Shown here: positions 36,106 through 44,421 of the stretch, piece by piece
How the letters are laid out: every line of letters starts with the position of its first letter
Position numbering within the stretch: the first letter of the stretch is position 1
NCBI GenBank assembly: GCA_963822445.1
Contig: CAWGHO010000001.1
Location: 1,472,001-1,536,000 of the forward strand
Length of the DNA stretch: 64,000 nt
Direction: 5' to 3'
Origin: an uncultured Acidobacteriota bacterium
Lineage (GTDB): Bacteria > Acidobacteriota > Thermoanaerobaculia > Gp7-AA8
The notes under the pieces: generated by a model
What the model was told of the DNA's origin: nothing
The model's database searches: none
What the model saw: only the letters and a program-made list of their open reading frames with translations
Made by a program: the position numbers and the translations under genes

Positions 36106-36882
36106 ATGTTCATCGAGACAACCATTCGGGATGGCGTGGCCACGATCACGCTGAATCGTCCCGAGAAACTGAACGCTTTCACCGGGACCATGCGCGAGGA
36201 TCTGCTGGAAGCCCTGCGCGCATGCGAGCGCGACGAAGCGGTACGCGTCGTGGTCCTCACCGGTGCAGGCCGCGCGTTCTGCGCGGGGGGCGACGTCGAG
36301 TACATGTCCGGCCTGCAGAAGAGCGGGGACGTGACCGCGTTCCGGAAGCTGCTCGACGCGGGTCGCGACGTCATTCTGCAGATCGCCACGATGCCCAAGC
36401 CCGTCATAGCCTCGATCAACGGCGTCGCCGCGGGAGCCGGCTGCAATCTCGCCCTGGCCTGCGATTACCGCATCGCTTCAGAGACGGCGAAGCTCAGCGA
36501 GAGCTTCGTGAAAATCGGCCTGCATCCCGACTGGGGCGGGACCTGGCTCCTTCCCCGACTGATCGGTCGCAGCCGCGCCGCGGAGATGCTGATGACCGGG
36601 CGGATGGTCGAGGCCGCGGAAGCGCTGGCCATGGGCATGATCGATCGTGTGGCGATGAATCTCACCGCGGAAACGGGAAGGCTCGCGGCGACGATCGCCG
36701 CGGCGCCGCCGATCGCGATCGCCGGCATCAAGCGCGCACTCGACGCCGCGGATCGCAACGACCTGCGCGCCCAGATCGAGCTCGAGAGCGAGCATCAACT
36801 GCGCTGCTTTCAATCGAGCGACGCCGCGGAAGGGATGGCCGCGTTCTTCCAGAAGCGCGCGGCCACCTTCAGCGGGCGCTAG
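36106..36882 (+). CDS. Enoyl-CoA hydratase/isomerase family protein (PaaG-like)
   Basis: LNRPEKLNA, AFCAGGD, NGVAAGAG and GLHPDWGG motifs. Confidence 0.9.
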   Translation: MFIETTIRDGVATITLNRPEKLNAFTGTMREDLLEALRACERDEAVRVVVLTGAGRAFCAGGDVEYMSGLQKSGDVTAFRKLLDAGRDVILQIATMPKPVIASINGVAAGAGCNLALACDYRIASETAKLSESFVKIGLHPDWGGTWLLPRLIGRSRAAEMLMTGRMVEAAEALAMGMIDRVAMNLTAETGRLAATIAAAPPIAIAGIKRALDAADRNDLRAQIELESEHQLRCFQSSDAAEGMAAFFQKRAATFSGR

Positions 36883-37367
36883 TTCAACAGGAAGTACGGC
36901 GAAGTCCGTCCGGCGCTCGGCCGCATGGGCGTGCCGTCGACCGGACATTTGAATTCGCCGTCGTGATCGGTGTGCGGCACGCGCAGCATGGTCTGGTCTT
37001 TCGGACAGATGTAGTACGTGGCCTTCCGTCGAAGATCGGGGGAGGGCACCGGCAACGAGCCGTCGAGAGTCACTCCGTCGACGAGGATGCGATGCGGGCT
37101 GAGCGCCAGGCCCTGGGCGACGTCCTTCCACGTCAACTCCAGCACGCCATTCACCGGCTCGAGCTTGTACTCGTTCCTGACTCCCAGACGCTCCACGGTG
37201 ACGTGACGGATCTCGCCCTCGCGCCGGATGGTCACCTTCACGGACTCGTCGACGGTGAATACGTGCGCGATGCCCGGCGTGAGCTTGGACGTGTCGAAGC
37301 CGTACATACTCGCCGCGGCCTGAACGGTCGCCGCCGCAAGAAAGAGCACAAAAGCAAAAGCCTTCAT
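36879..37367 (-). CDS. Exported protein with C-terminal CPxD...CPxD metal-binding-like motif
   Basis: GGAGG RBS; signal peptide ending ATVQA; YICPKD...FKCPVDGTPM. Confidence 0.75.
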   Translation of the reverse strand: MKAFAFVLFLAAATVQAAASMYGFDTSKLTPGIAHVFTVDESVKVTIRREGEIRHVTVERLGVRNEYKLEPVNGVLELTWKDVAQGLALSPHRILVDGVTLDGSLPVPSPDLRRKATYYICPKDQTMLRVPHTDHDGEFKCPVDGTPMRPSAGRTSPYFLLN

Positions 37368-37390
37368 ACATCCTCCGTTTTGGAAGAATT

Positions 37391-39010
37391 CTACGCGCGG
37401 CGGACGATGACCAGGGTCTCGTCGTCCTTCTGCGGCGCTTCGCCGACGAAGTTCACGACCGCCGCGGCAATCTGATCGCGGATGAGCGCGGCACCGCCGT
37501 CGATGTGCTGCTCGAGCAGCGCCTCGAGCCGCTCGTTCCCGAACTCGTCCCCAGCCACATCCTCCGCCTCGGTGATCCCGTCGCTGTACAGCACGACGCA
37601 CGTGCCGGCCGGGAACGGGCGGGTCTGGGTCACGTAGTGAGTGCCGGGGAGGATTCCGATCGGCAGTCCGTGCGACTTGATCTGGTCGATCTTTCCGTTG
37701 CCGATCAGGTAGCAGGGATTGTGGCCGGCGTTCACGTACTGGATGGTCTCGTTCTCCGGATCGATGGCCACCATGATCATGGTGATGAACTTGTTCTCGG
37801 CCGACCAGTTGTGAATGTGGCGATTGAGCTCCGTGGCGATCTCGCCCAGGCCGCGGCCTTCGGCGAACAGCAGCTGAATGACGGCGTGCAGCGCGGACAC
37901 GAGCAGCGCCGCCGGCATCGACTTCCCGGCCACGTCGGCCACGAGCGTGGTGACCACGCCCTCGCGAACGAAGAACGCGTGATAGTCGCCGCCGACCTGC
38001 CGCGCCGGATTCGACAGCGCGGCGATCTCGATTCCTTCGACCTGGGGAATGGCCTTCGGAAGAATGTCGCGCTGGATCGTCGCGGCCAGCTCGAGGTCGC
38101 GCTCCATGGCCTGCTTCTCGAGGGCCTCGCGGTGCAGGCGCGCATTCTCCAGCGCGATCGCGACCTGATTGGCGAACAGTGAAAGCAGACGAAGCTCGTT
38201 CGCTTCGAACGCGCCGATGCCTCCCTCCCGCGTTTCCCGATCGGCCGCGGCCAGCACGCCGATCACGTTGTCGTTGCTGCCCTTGATCGGGACGCTGACG
38301 AAGGTCGTGCAATCGGGAAAGATGCAGTCGCTGCCGCCTTCGTACGTCAGCGGCTTGCCTTCGCGGATCAACTGCTCGGTCAGATCGGCATCGAGAAAGC
38401 TCTCCCTCACGTCGCCGAAGGACCGGTACAACTTGAAGCCGCCGGCTTCCTTCAGATAGAGCGAAGCCCGGCGCGCGTTGGTGAGCGAGATCATCCGGAA
38501 GAGGATCTCGTCGGCCAGCTCGTCGACGTTGAGGGTCGAGGCGATGGAGAGGCCGATGTCGTACAGCGACTCGAGCTCCCACAGCCGGTACTTGAGTTGA
38601 AAGTCCCCTTCCCGCGTTTCCTGCAGCAACCGCTGGTTGGTGATCAGCGTCGAGAGAAATGTTCCGGCCGCGCGCGCGAAGGCAATGTCTTCATCAGACG
38701 CGGCATCGCAATACAGCGCCAGCAACCCGACCGCTTCGCGTTGCGATTGCAGCGGCACCACGACCGACGGCACGGGCGACACGGAATCCTCGGCACGTCC
38801 ATCGAGGATCTCCGGCGCCACACACTGCTGTGATTTCGCGGCGAGTCTGAGCGGCGTGCCGCGCGACTCGCGCAGGTACAACGCACCGTCGCCGAAGGGA
38901 GTGTGCCGCGCGAACGCGTCGAGGATGGTCGGCCCCTGCGCCGTGATCGAGCCTCTCTCCAGTTGCTGAAGCTCGTGGACGAAATCTGCAAACCGTCGAA
39001 CCGGCGGCAT
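37391..39010 (-). CDS. GAF-containing PP2C/SpoIIE phosphatase (RsbU-like)
   Basis: IQRDILP, VGGDY, VADVAGK, NAGHNP, YSDGITE and DDET motifs; GAF domain upstream. Confidence 0.92.
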   Translation of the reverse strand: MPPVRRFADFVHELQQLERGSITAQGPTILDAFARHTPFGDGALYLRESRGTPLRLAAKSQQCVAPEILDGRAEDSVSPVPSVVVPLQSQREAVGLLALYCDAASDEDIAFARAAGTFLSTLITNQRLLQETREGDFQLKYRLWELESLYDIGLSIASTLNVDELADEILFRMISLTNARRASLYLKEAGGFKLYRSFGDVRESFLDADLTEQLIREGKPLTYEGGSDCIFPDCTTFVSVPIKGSNDNVIGVLAAADRETREGGIGAFEANELRLLSLFANQVAIALENARLHREALEKQAMERDLELAATIQRDILPKAIPQVEGIEIAALSNPARQVGGDYHAFFVREGVVTTLVADVAGKSMPAALLVSALHAVIQLLFAEGRGLGEIATELNRHIHNWSAENKFITMIMVAIDPENETIQYVNAGHNPCYLIGNGKIDQIKSHGLPIGILPGTHYVTQTRPFPAGTCVVLYSDGITEAEDVAGDEFGNERLEALLEQHIDGGAALIRDQIAAAVVNFVGEAPQKDDETLVIVRRA

Positions 39011-39037
39011 CGGAAAGGCAGGATATACCGGGGAGAA

Positions 39038-39391
39038 CTACAGGGCGAGTTGCTGCACGGCGGCTTCTTCCGTATCGAAGATGGCCGCGTAATTCGCCAG
39101 ACCCATGATGTGAAAGGTCTTGTGGATGACCGGGGTCAGGCAGCAGAAGGAGATCTTCCCTCCCCGCTCGATCATCTTCTCGATGATCTCGATGAGGATG
39201 GAGATGCCGATGGAGTTGACGATCTTGGTGTCGCCGAGGTTGAGGAGGAGGTTGTTGACACCCTGGTCCATCAGCTCGTAGGCGATGCGGGCGATCTCCT
39301 CGCCGCCGACGTTGTTGATGTAGCCCTTCGTGTACAGGATTGCGCCTGTGTCCCCCCGGCGCTCGACCCTGAGTCTCAATTCGTCCGTCAT
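39038..39391 (-). CDS. STAS anti-anti-sigma factor (RsbV-like)
   Basis: LLNLGDTKIVNSIGIS phospho-Ser motif; ATGA overlap with the upstream gene. Confidence 0.88.
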   Translation of the reverse strand: MTDELRLRVERRGDTGAILYTKGYINNVGGEEIARIAYELMDQGVNNLLLNLGDTKIVNSIGISILIEIIEKMIERGGKISFCCLTPVIHKTFHIMGLANYAAIFDTEEAAVQQLAL

Positions 39392-39828
39392 TGCGTCTTC
39401 CCGTATTTCACCATGTGAATGGTCGTGCCGCCGTCGGGACTGGTCTCGATACCGACCTCGTCCATGTGTGCTTCGATGATTTGCAGACCCCAACCTCGCT
39501 TGTGAGCAACGCCGAGTTTCTGGCGGCGGGAACGGGCCTCGGTCACGTCGAACCCTTTGCCGCGATCGCTGATCCAGATGTCGATGCGCGGGTTGCCCTC
39601 GCCCAGAGAGGTGCCGACGATTCTTACATAGATACGTTTGTCTTCGCTACCGGAGTGCTCGCGCGCGTTGATGCATGCCTCGATCATCGCGTGGGCCATC
39701 TCGTCGATGGCTTCCGTGGGCATGCCCAGCTCCCTGGCGAGGTTGCCTGCCGCTCGCGCGGCGGCGATCTCGATATCCGGGACCATCGGGAGCGTCAGCT
39801 CCATCTGCCGCTCTGCGGTAGCAGTCAT
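39388..39828 (-). CDS. Anti-sigma Ser kinase (RsbW-like)
   Basis: EACINAREH, ISDRGKGFD and RGWGLQII..MD motifs. Confidence 0.9.
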   Translation of the reverse strand: MTATAERQMELTLPMVPDIEIAAARAAGNLARELGMPTEAIDEMAHAMIEACINAREHSGSEDKRIYVRIVGTSLGEGNPRIDIWISDRGKGFDVTEARSRRQKLGVAHKRGWGLQIIEAHMDEVGIETSPDGGTTIHMVKYGKTQ

Positions 39829-39856
39829 TAGCAGGATTTCCTCGGCGACTGGACGA

Positions 39857-40027
39857 TTAGAAAGCGAGGAAGAGCGCGGCGGCGGTCTTGATCCACCGAG
39901 GGATCCCGCCGAGTTGATCGAGCGCGAGCAGAGCGACGGTGTTGACGGCCAACACGCCGGGGAGGATGTAGCTGGCCGAAAGCGCTGATTCGAGCCGGGT
40001 GGTGCGTGTCTGCATGATGTTGTTCAT
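39857..40027 (-). CDS. 56-aa hydrophobic small protein (absent from the ORF track)
   Basis: AGAGGGGG RBS; [56 protein letters not shown]; first gene after a sigma54 promoter. Confidence 0.7.
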   Translation of the reverse strand: MNNIMQTRTTRLESALSASYILPGVLAVNTVALLALDQLGGIPRWIKTAAALFLAF

Positions 40028-40061
40028 GGTGAGCCCCCTCTGTTGTCGGGACCACCCTTTC

Positions 40062-40076
40062 GCAACGCGGCTGCCA
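40062..40076 (-). promoter_or_regulatory. sigma54 -24/-12 promoter TGGCAGCCGCGTTGC
   Basis: Near-consensus TGGCA-N6-TTGC, immediately downstream of a sigma54 activator gene. Confidence 0.75.
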
Positions 40077-40163
40077 CGCGTGCCGAACCAGCTCGATGCC
40101 TCCTAACCTTCTGACGCGTGCGCAGTTTACACGAGTTGACCGTTTTGTGAAGGCGGACTGGCT

Positions 40164-40281
40164 TGTGTTGCATTTTGGGACAGAGTCGCAAAGTCTCAAA
40201 GTCGCAGAGTCGCAAAGTGCTTTGACTCAAGTACTTACTAGTGTATGTCCCAATTGTCAGCAATTGGCGCATTTTGGGACA
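40164..40281. promoter_or_regulatory. Candidate enhancer (UAS) sites: three TGTCCCAA copies plus an IHF-like site
   Basis: GCATTTTGGGACAG twice and an inverted TGTCCCAA; ACTCAAGTACTTA at 40225-40237. Confidence 0.5.
40184..40215 (+). repeat. Octamer tandem repeat (AGTC[G/T]CA[A/G])x4, single arm
   Basis: Same unit as the element at 30751-30825. Confidence 0.85.
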
Positions 40282-41772
40282 GCTCGTCACGCTTGCGATA
40301 GAGCGTCTTGCGATCCACGCCCAGGATTTTGGCCGCCTTCGACATGATTGCCCTTGGTGAAGGCCAGCACTCGCATGATGTAGCGCGCTTCCAGCTCGTC
40401 GAGCGTCGGAAGGTCGCCGGAGAGCTCGCGCTCGTCCGCGCCGGCCGCCGATTCGGGAAGGAGGAGGTCGCCAGGATCGATGACCGGGTCGGTCGTCAGA
40501 GCCAGGGCGCCTTCGATCTGGTTCTCCAGCTCGCGGACGTTGCCGGGGAAGGCGTAGCGCATCAGCTTCTGCAGCGCCTCCTGCGTGATCCGCACGTCGC
40601 TGCAGCCCCTCGCGCTTGCCGTACTTGTCGAGGAAGTAGCGGACCAGCTTGGGGATGTCTTCCTTCCGCTCGCGAAGCGGTGGCAGCACGATCTCGACGA
40701 CTTTGAGACGGTAGTAGAGGTCCTGGCGGAACTCGCCGCGCTCGTTCATCTCCTCGAGATTGCGGTGCGTCGCGGAGAGGATGCGCACGTCGACGGGGAT
40801 CCGGCGCCGGCCGCCGAGCTTCTCGATCTCCCGCTCCTGCAGAACGCGCAGGAGCTTGGCCTGCAGGGTGAGAGGGATGTCGCCGATCTCGTCGAGGAAG
40901 ATCGTCCCGCCCTTGGCCAGCTCGAACTTGCCGGGCCGGGCTTCGACGCCCGTGGCGACGCCGCGCTCGATACCGAACAGCTCGGACTCGAGCAGCGTCT
41001 CCGGAAGTGCCGCGCAGTTGATGGCCACGAACGGACCGTCTTTCCGCGGCGAGTTGCCGTGAATGAGGCGCGCCACCATTTCCTTGCCCGTCCCCGACTC
41101 GCCACGAATGAGCACGCTGGCCTGGGAGTCGGCGACGCGGGCAACGAGGTCGATCACCCGCTGCATCTTCGGCGAGTCGCCGACCATCAGCCGGTCGGAG
41201 TACTCGCGCAGCATCCGCTGCTTCAGAGCGCGGTTCTCGTCCTCGAGCGTCTCGCGCACGAGATCGAGCTTGTGGAAGCGGCGGGTGTTGTCGATCGCCG
41301 CACCGCCGATGGAGGCGATGGATTCGAGAAAGCGAAGATCGTCGTCGACGAAGCTGCCGCCTTTCGTCGCGCCGCGCACTTCCTTGCCGCCGACGCCGAT
41401 CACGCCCGACGATGGCATCGCCGGCGATCATCGGCGCGATCAGGAGATCGCCACCCGGCCCGCCGAGGAACTTGGAGACGGTGACCATCATCGGCTCGCG
41501 CGAGGCGATGACCTGCTTGATCGGCGGCTCGGATGAGAAACGACTCCGCCGACCGCCGTCTCCAGACCGAACGTGAACAAGGTCTGCACGTGAAGCTTGT
41601 CGTCGACGGAGAAGACGAACCCGCTCATGGCATCGAGCACTGCCACCGCCCGGTGCATCAGCTCCTCGAGCAGATCATCCTCGGGGCGAAGCGTGTTCAG
41701 CGCGCGGCCGACGTCGTAGAGCGCCTCGAGCTGGAGGAGCTTGCTTCGTAATTCGAACTGGCTTTGTGCCAT
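40238..41772 (-). CDS. GAF-AAA+-Fis sigma54-dependent activator (five apparent +1 frameshifts, probably artefacts)
   Basis: [39 protein letters not shown] and PGNVREL motifs; [18 protein letters not shown] after frame repair. Confidence 0.88.
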
Positions 41773-41781
41773 GGTCTTCGA

Positions 41782-41854
41782 AGTCGCAGAGTCGTCGAAA
41801 GTCTGCAGAGTCTCAGACGAGGGCGTCTTTGCAGACTTTGACGACTCTGCGACT
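41782..41854. repeat. Inverted octamer tandem-repeat hairpin (AGTC[G/T]CAG family)
   Basis: AGTCGCAG...AGTCTCAG arm and a reverse-complement arm ending CTGCGACT; some units carry extra bases. Confidence 0.85.
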
Positions 41855-41860
41855 ATGCGG

Positions 41861-42205
41861 CTATTTCCCGAGCGCCTTCCTGACACTCCCCGAGCAGAAA
41901 ATCCCCGTTCCAGGCCTGGTAAAACGCCTGATCGAGCGCGTAGATTCTGATCAGGAGGGCTGAGGCTTCGTCGTAACGGCCTGTTTTCATCAGCGTGCGG
42001 GCCAGGAAGTAGAGCGAGCGGATCGTTTGCGCGTCCTGCTCCTCGCGCTCGGCGATCCGGCGGAAGCCGGTCTCGGCCTCGCCGAAGTTGCGGCGCTGGT
42101 ACGCGCAGAGAGCCGCTCGTAGTCGCCTTCGAGGTTGCAGGTCGTCGGCGGTGGGCCGCGAGCGCAGTTGTCGGCGAGGAGTGCGAGAATGAGCGCCAGT
42201 CGCAT
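41861..42205 (-). CDS. Small TPR (lipo)protein, frameshifted in this assembly
   Basis: Signal-like N-terminus; other frames give YQRRNFGEAETGFRRIA...SLYFLARTLMKTGRYDEA. Confidence 0.55.
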
Positions 42206-42217
42206 GCGACGTTCATT

Positions 42218-42970
42218 ATGCGCTTAGGTATCGTCGGGGGCGGCAGGGCCGCGTGGGCGTTCGGCTCGGCGTGGAAGCGCATCGGCTGGCCGCTGTCGGG
42301 CCTCTGGCTGCGCGATGAGTCCCGCAGCCGCATCACCGAGCTGCTCGAAACGCCGCGCCTCGACATCGATGATCTGGCTCGCGACTCCGAGCTGCTCCTG
42401 GTTGCGGTCAGCGATCGCGCCATCCCCGAGGTTGCGGCTTCGATTCCGGAGAGCGAGGCGCTGATCTTCCACGCCAGCGGGGCCATGCTCAGCGTCCGCG
42501 GCGGATTTGCCCTTCATCCACTGAAATCACTGCCGCCGGTCGGCGAGCCTTCCGATCTCGAGGACACGCTGCTCGTCTTCGAAGGCGAGCATCGCCGCAC
42601 GGCGAAGCTTATTGCCGCCGCGGTCGGCGCCCGATTCGCCGAGGTTTCCGCGGAACAGAAAGCGCTGTACCACGCCGCGGCGGTGTTCGGATCGAACTAC
42701 GTCGCGGCGATGCTCGACATCAGCGAGCGTCTGCTGCGCCGCGCCGGCATCGAGGACGCGCGGGAGACGCTGGTCGCCCTCGCGCATTCGGCGATCGCGA
42801 ACTGGCGCCATCACACCGACGAGAAGCGCTTCACCGGTCCGGCGGCGCGAGGCGATGCCGAAGTCATGCAGCGCCACATCGCCGCTTTGCGCGATGATCC
42901 GCGGCTGCGAGAGGTCTACGAACTGCTCGCCGCCGAGATCGCCGGTTCAAAGCTTGCTAACCCAAAGTAA
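42218..42970 (+). CDS. Rossmann-like plus DUF2520 oxidoreductase (PanG-like)
   Basis: GIVGGGR, HASGA, HPL, YHAAAVFGSN and TGPAARGD motifs. Confidence 0.85.
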   Translation: MRLGIVGGGRAAWAFGSAWKRIGWPLSGLWLRDESRSRITELLETPRLDIDDLARDSELLLVAVSDRAIPEVAASIPESEALIFHASGAMLSVRGGFALHPLKSLPPVGEPSDLEDTLLVFEGEHRRTAKLIAAAVGARFAEVSAEQKALYHAAAVFGSNYVAAMLDISERLLRRAGIEDARETLVALAHSAIANWRHHTDEKRFTGPAARGDAEVMQRHIAALRDDPRLREVYELLAAEIAGSKLANPK

Positions 42971-43016
42971 AGGCCGGTGGTGCTAGCATCACAAGCCCGT
43001 TCGAGAGCCTAAGTCG

Positions 43017-44390
43017 ATGGTCTTCTTCAATTACGCAACGATGCAGATGGCCGCGAAGATCGTTTACTACGGTCCGGGCCTGTGCGGGAAGACGACCAAT
43101 CTCCACCACATCTACACGAAGACCTCGCCGCAGAGCCGCGGGGAGATGGTCAGCCTGGAGACCGAAACCGACCGCACTCTCTTCTTCGATCTTCTCCCAA
43201 TCGACGTCGGCGTGATCGGCGGCTTCAAGACCCGCCTGCAGCTCTACACCGTCCCCGGCCAGGTCTTCTACAACACCACCCGCAAGCTGGTGCTCAAGGG
43301 CGTCGACGGGATCGTGTTCGTGGCCGATTCCCAGGCGGCGATGCTCGACGCCAACGTCGACAGCCTCAAAAATCTGCGCGAGAACCTGGCCGAGATCGGC
43401 CTCGATCTCGACGACATCCCGGTCGTGCTGCAGTTCAACAAGCGCGATCTGCCGAACGTCGCCGACCCCCAGACCATGCTCAATGCTCTCGATCCCGACC
43501 GCCGCTTCGAGCATGTCGAGGCGGTGGCGTACACCGGCATCGGAGTCTTCGAGACCCTCAAGCTGATCTCGAAACTCACCCTCCGCCAGCTTCGCCGGCG
43601 GATGACCGGCGACGACGCGGTGAAGTCAGCCTCGCCGCAGCAACGCGGCTTGGGGGCGCACTTCCGCGTGCGCGATGAGCCCGAGGTTTCCTCGCGGACG
43701 ATCGCGGCGGACACGCCTGTACCCGCGGTCAGGGCGAAGACGAGCACGAACCCGATTCCGGCGTACGGCGGCACCGCCACCGCTTCCACGGTCACGACGC
43801 CCGAGGCGCAGCCGATCGAGAGCCTCCCGCCGGCGGACATCATCGAGGAAGCCACGGAGGTCGTCCCCGACCTCGATCGGCACATCATTGCCGACGCGCC
43901 GGTACCCGAAGCACCGCCCGAAATCGAAGAACCGGAGCCGGAGATCGCGCCGGAACCGATCGAAGAGCCGCCAACAATCGAGGACGTTCCGCCGCCCCCG
44001 CCCGCCGAGCCGGAAATCGACTTCGGCCAGACCGCGCAGCCCCAGAAAGCCCAGCCCGAGGTAAAGACAGTCAAAGTCCGCTCCTCCGTCGACGTCATGG
44101 CCGAGTTGGAAGCTCTGCGCAAACGGGCTACGAACGTCACGCCCAAGGCAGCCCGGCGCGACATCATGGCTGACCTCGAAAGCCTCCGCCCCAAACGCGA
44201 CATCCAGCGCACCCTCCACCTGTCGGTCCCCTCCGACGTGCTCCCTCGCACGAAGAGCGTTCGGGTTACACTTTCCTTCGAAGATGGTGACCAGGGGGTC
44301 ATTCAGAGCCAGGACCAGACGGTGGACCTGGCCGACACCTCCGACGTCCAGAGTCTTTCGGTCAACCTGAAAATCGACTTAGCCCAATAG
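43017..44390 (+). CDS. MglA-family GTPase with long Pro/Glu-rich C-terminal extension
   Basis: KIVYYGPGLCGKTTNL, RTLFFD, TVPGQ and NKRD motifs; roughly 260 extra residues. Confidence 0.9.
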   Translation: MVFFNYATMQMAAKIVYYGPGLCGKTTNLHHIYTKTSPQSRGEMVSLETETDRTLFFDLLPIDVGVIGGFKTRLQLYTVPGQVFYNTTRKLVLKGVDGIVFVADSQAAMLDANVDSLKNLRENLAEIGLDLDDIPVVLQFNKRDLPNVADPQTMLNALDPDRRFEHVEAVAYTGIGVFETLKLISKLTLRQLRRRMTGDDAVKSASPQQRGLGAHFRVRDEPEVSSRTIAADTPVPAVRAKTSTNPIPAYGGTATASTVTTPEAQPIESLPPADIIEEATEVVPDLDRHIIADAPVPEAPPEIEEPEPEIAPEPIEEPPTIEDVPPPPPAEPEIDFGQTAQPQKAQPEVKTVKVRSSVDVMAELEALRKRATNVTPKAARRDIMADLESLRPKRDIQRTLHLSVPSDVLPRTKSVRVTLSFEDGDQGVIQSQDQTVDLADTSDVQSLSVNLKIDLAQ

Positions 44391-44421
44391 CTGTCGCGGC
44401 TGGGAAGCGAGGGGGTGCGCG

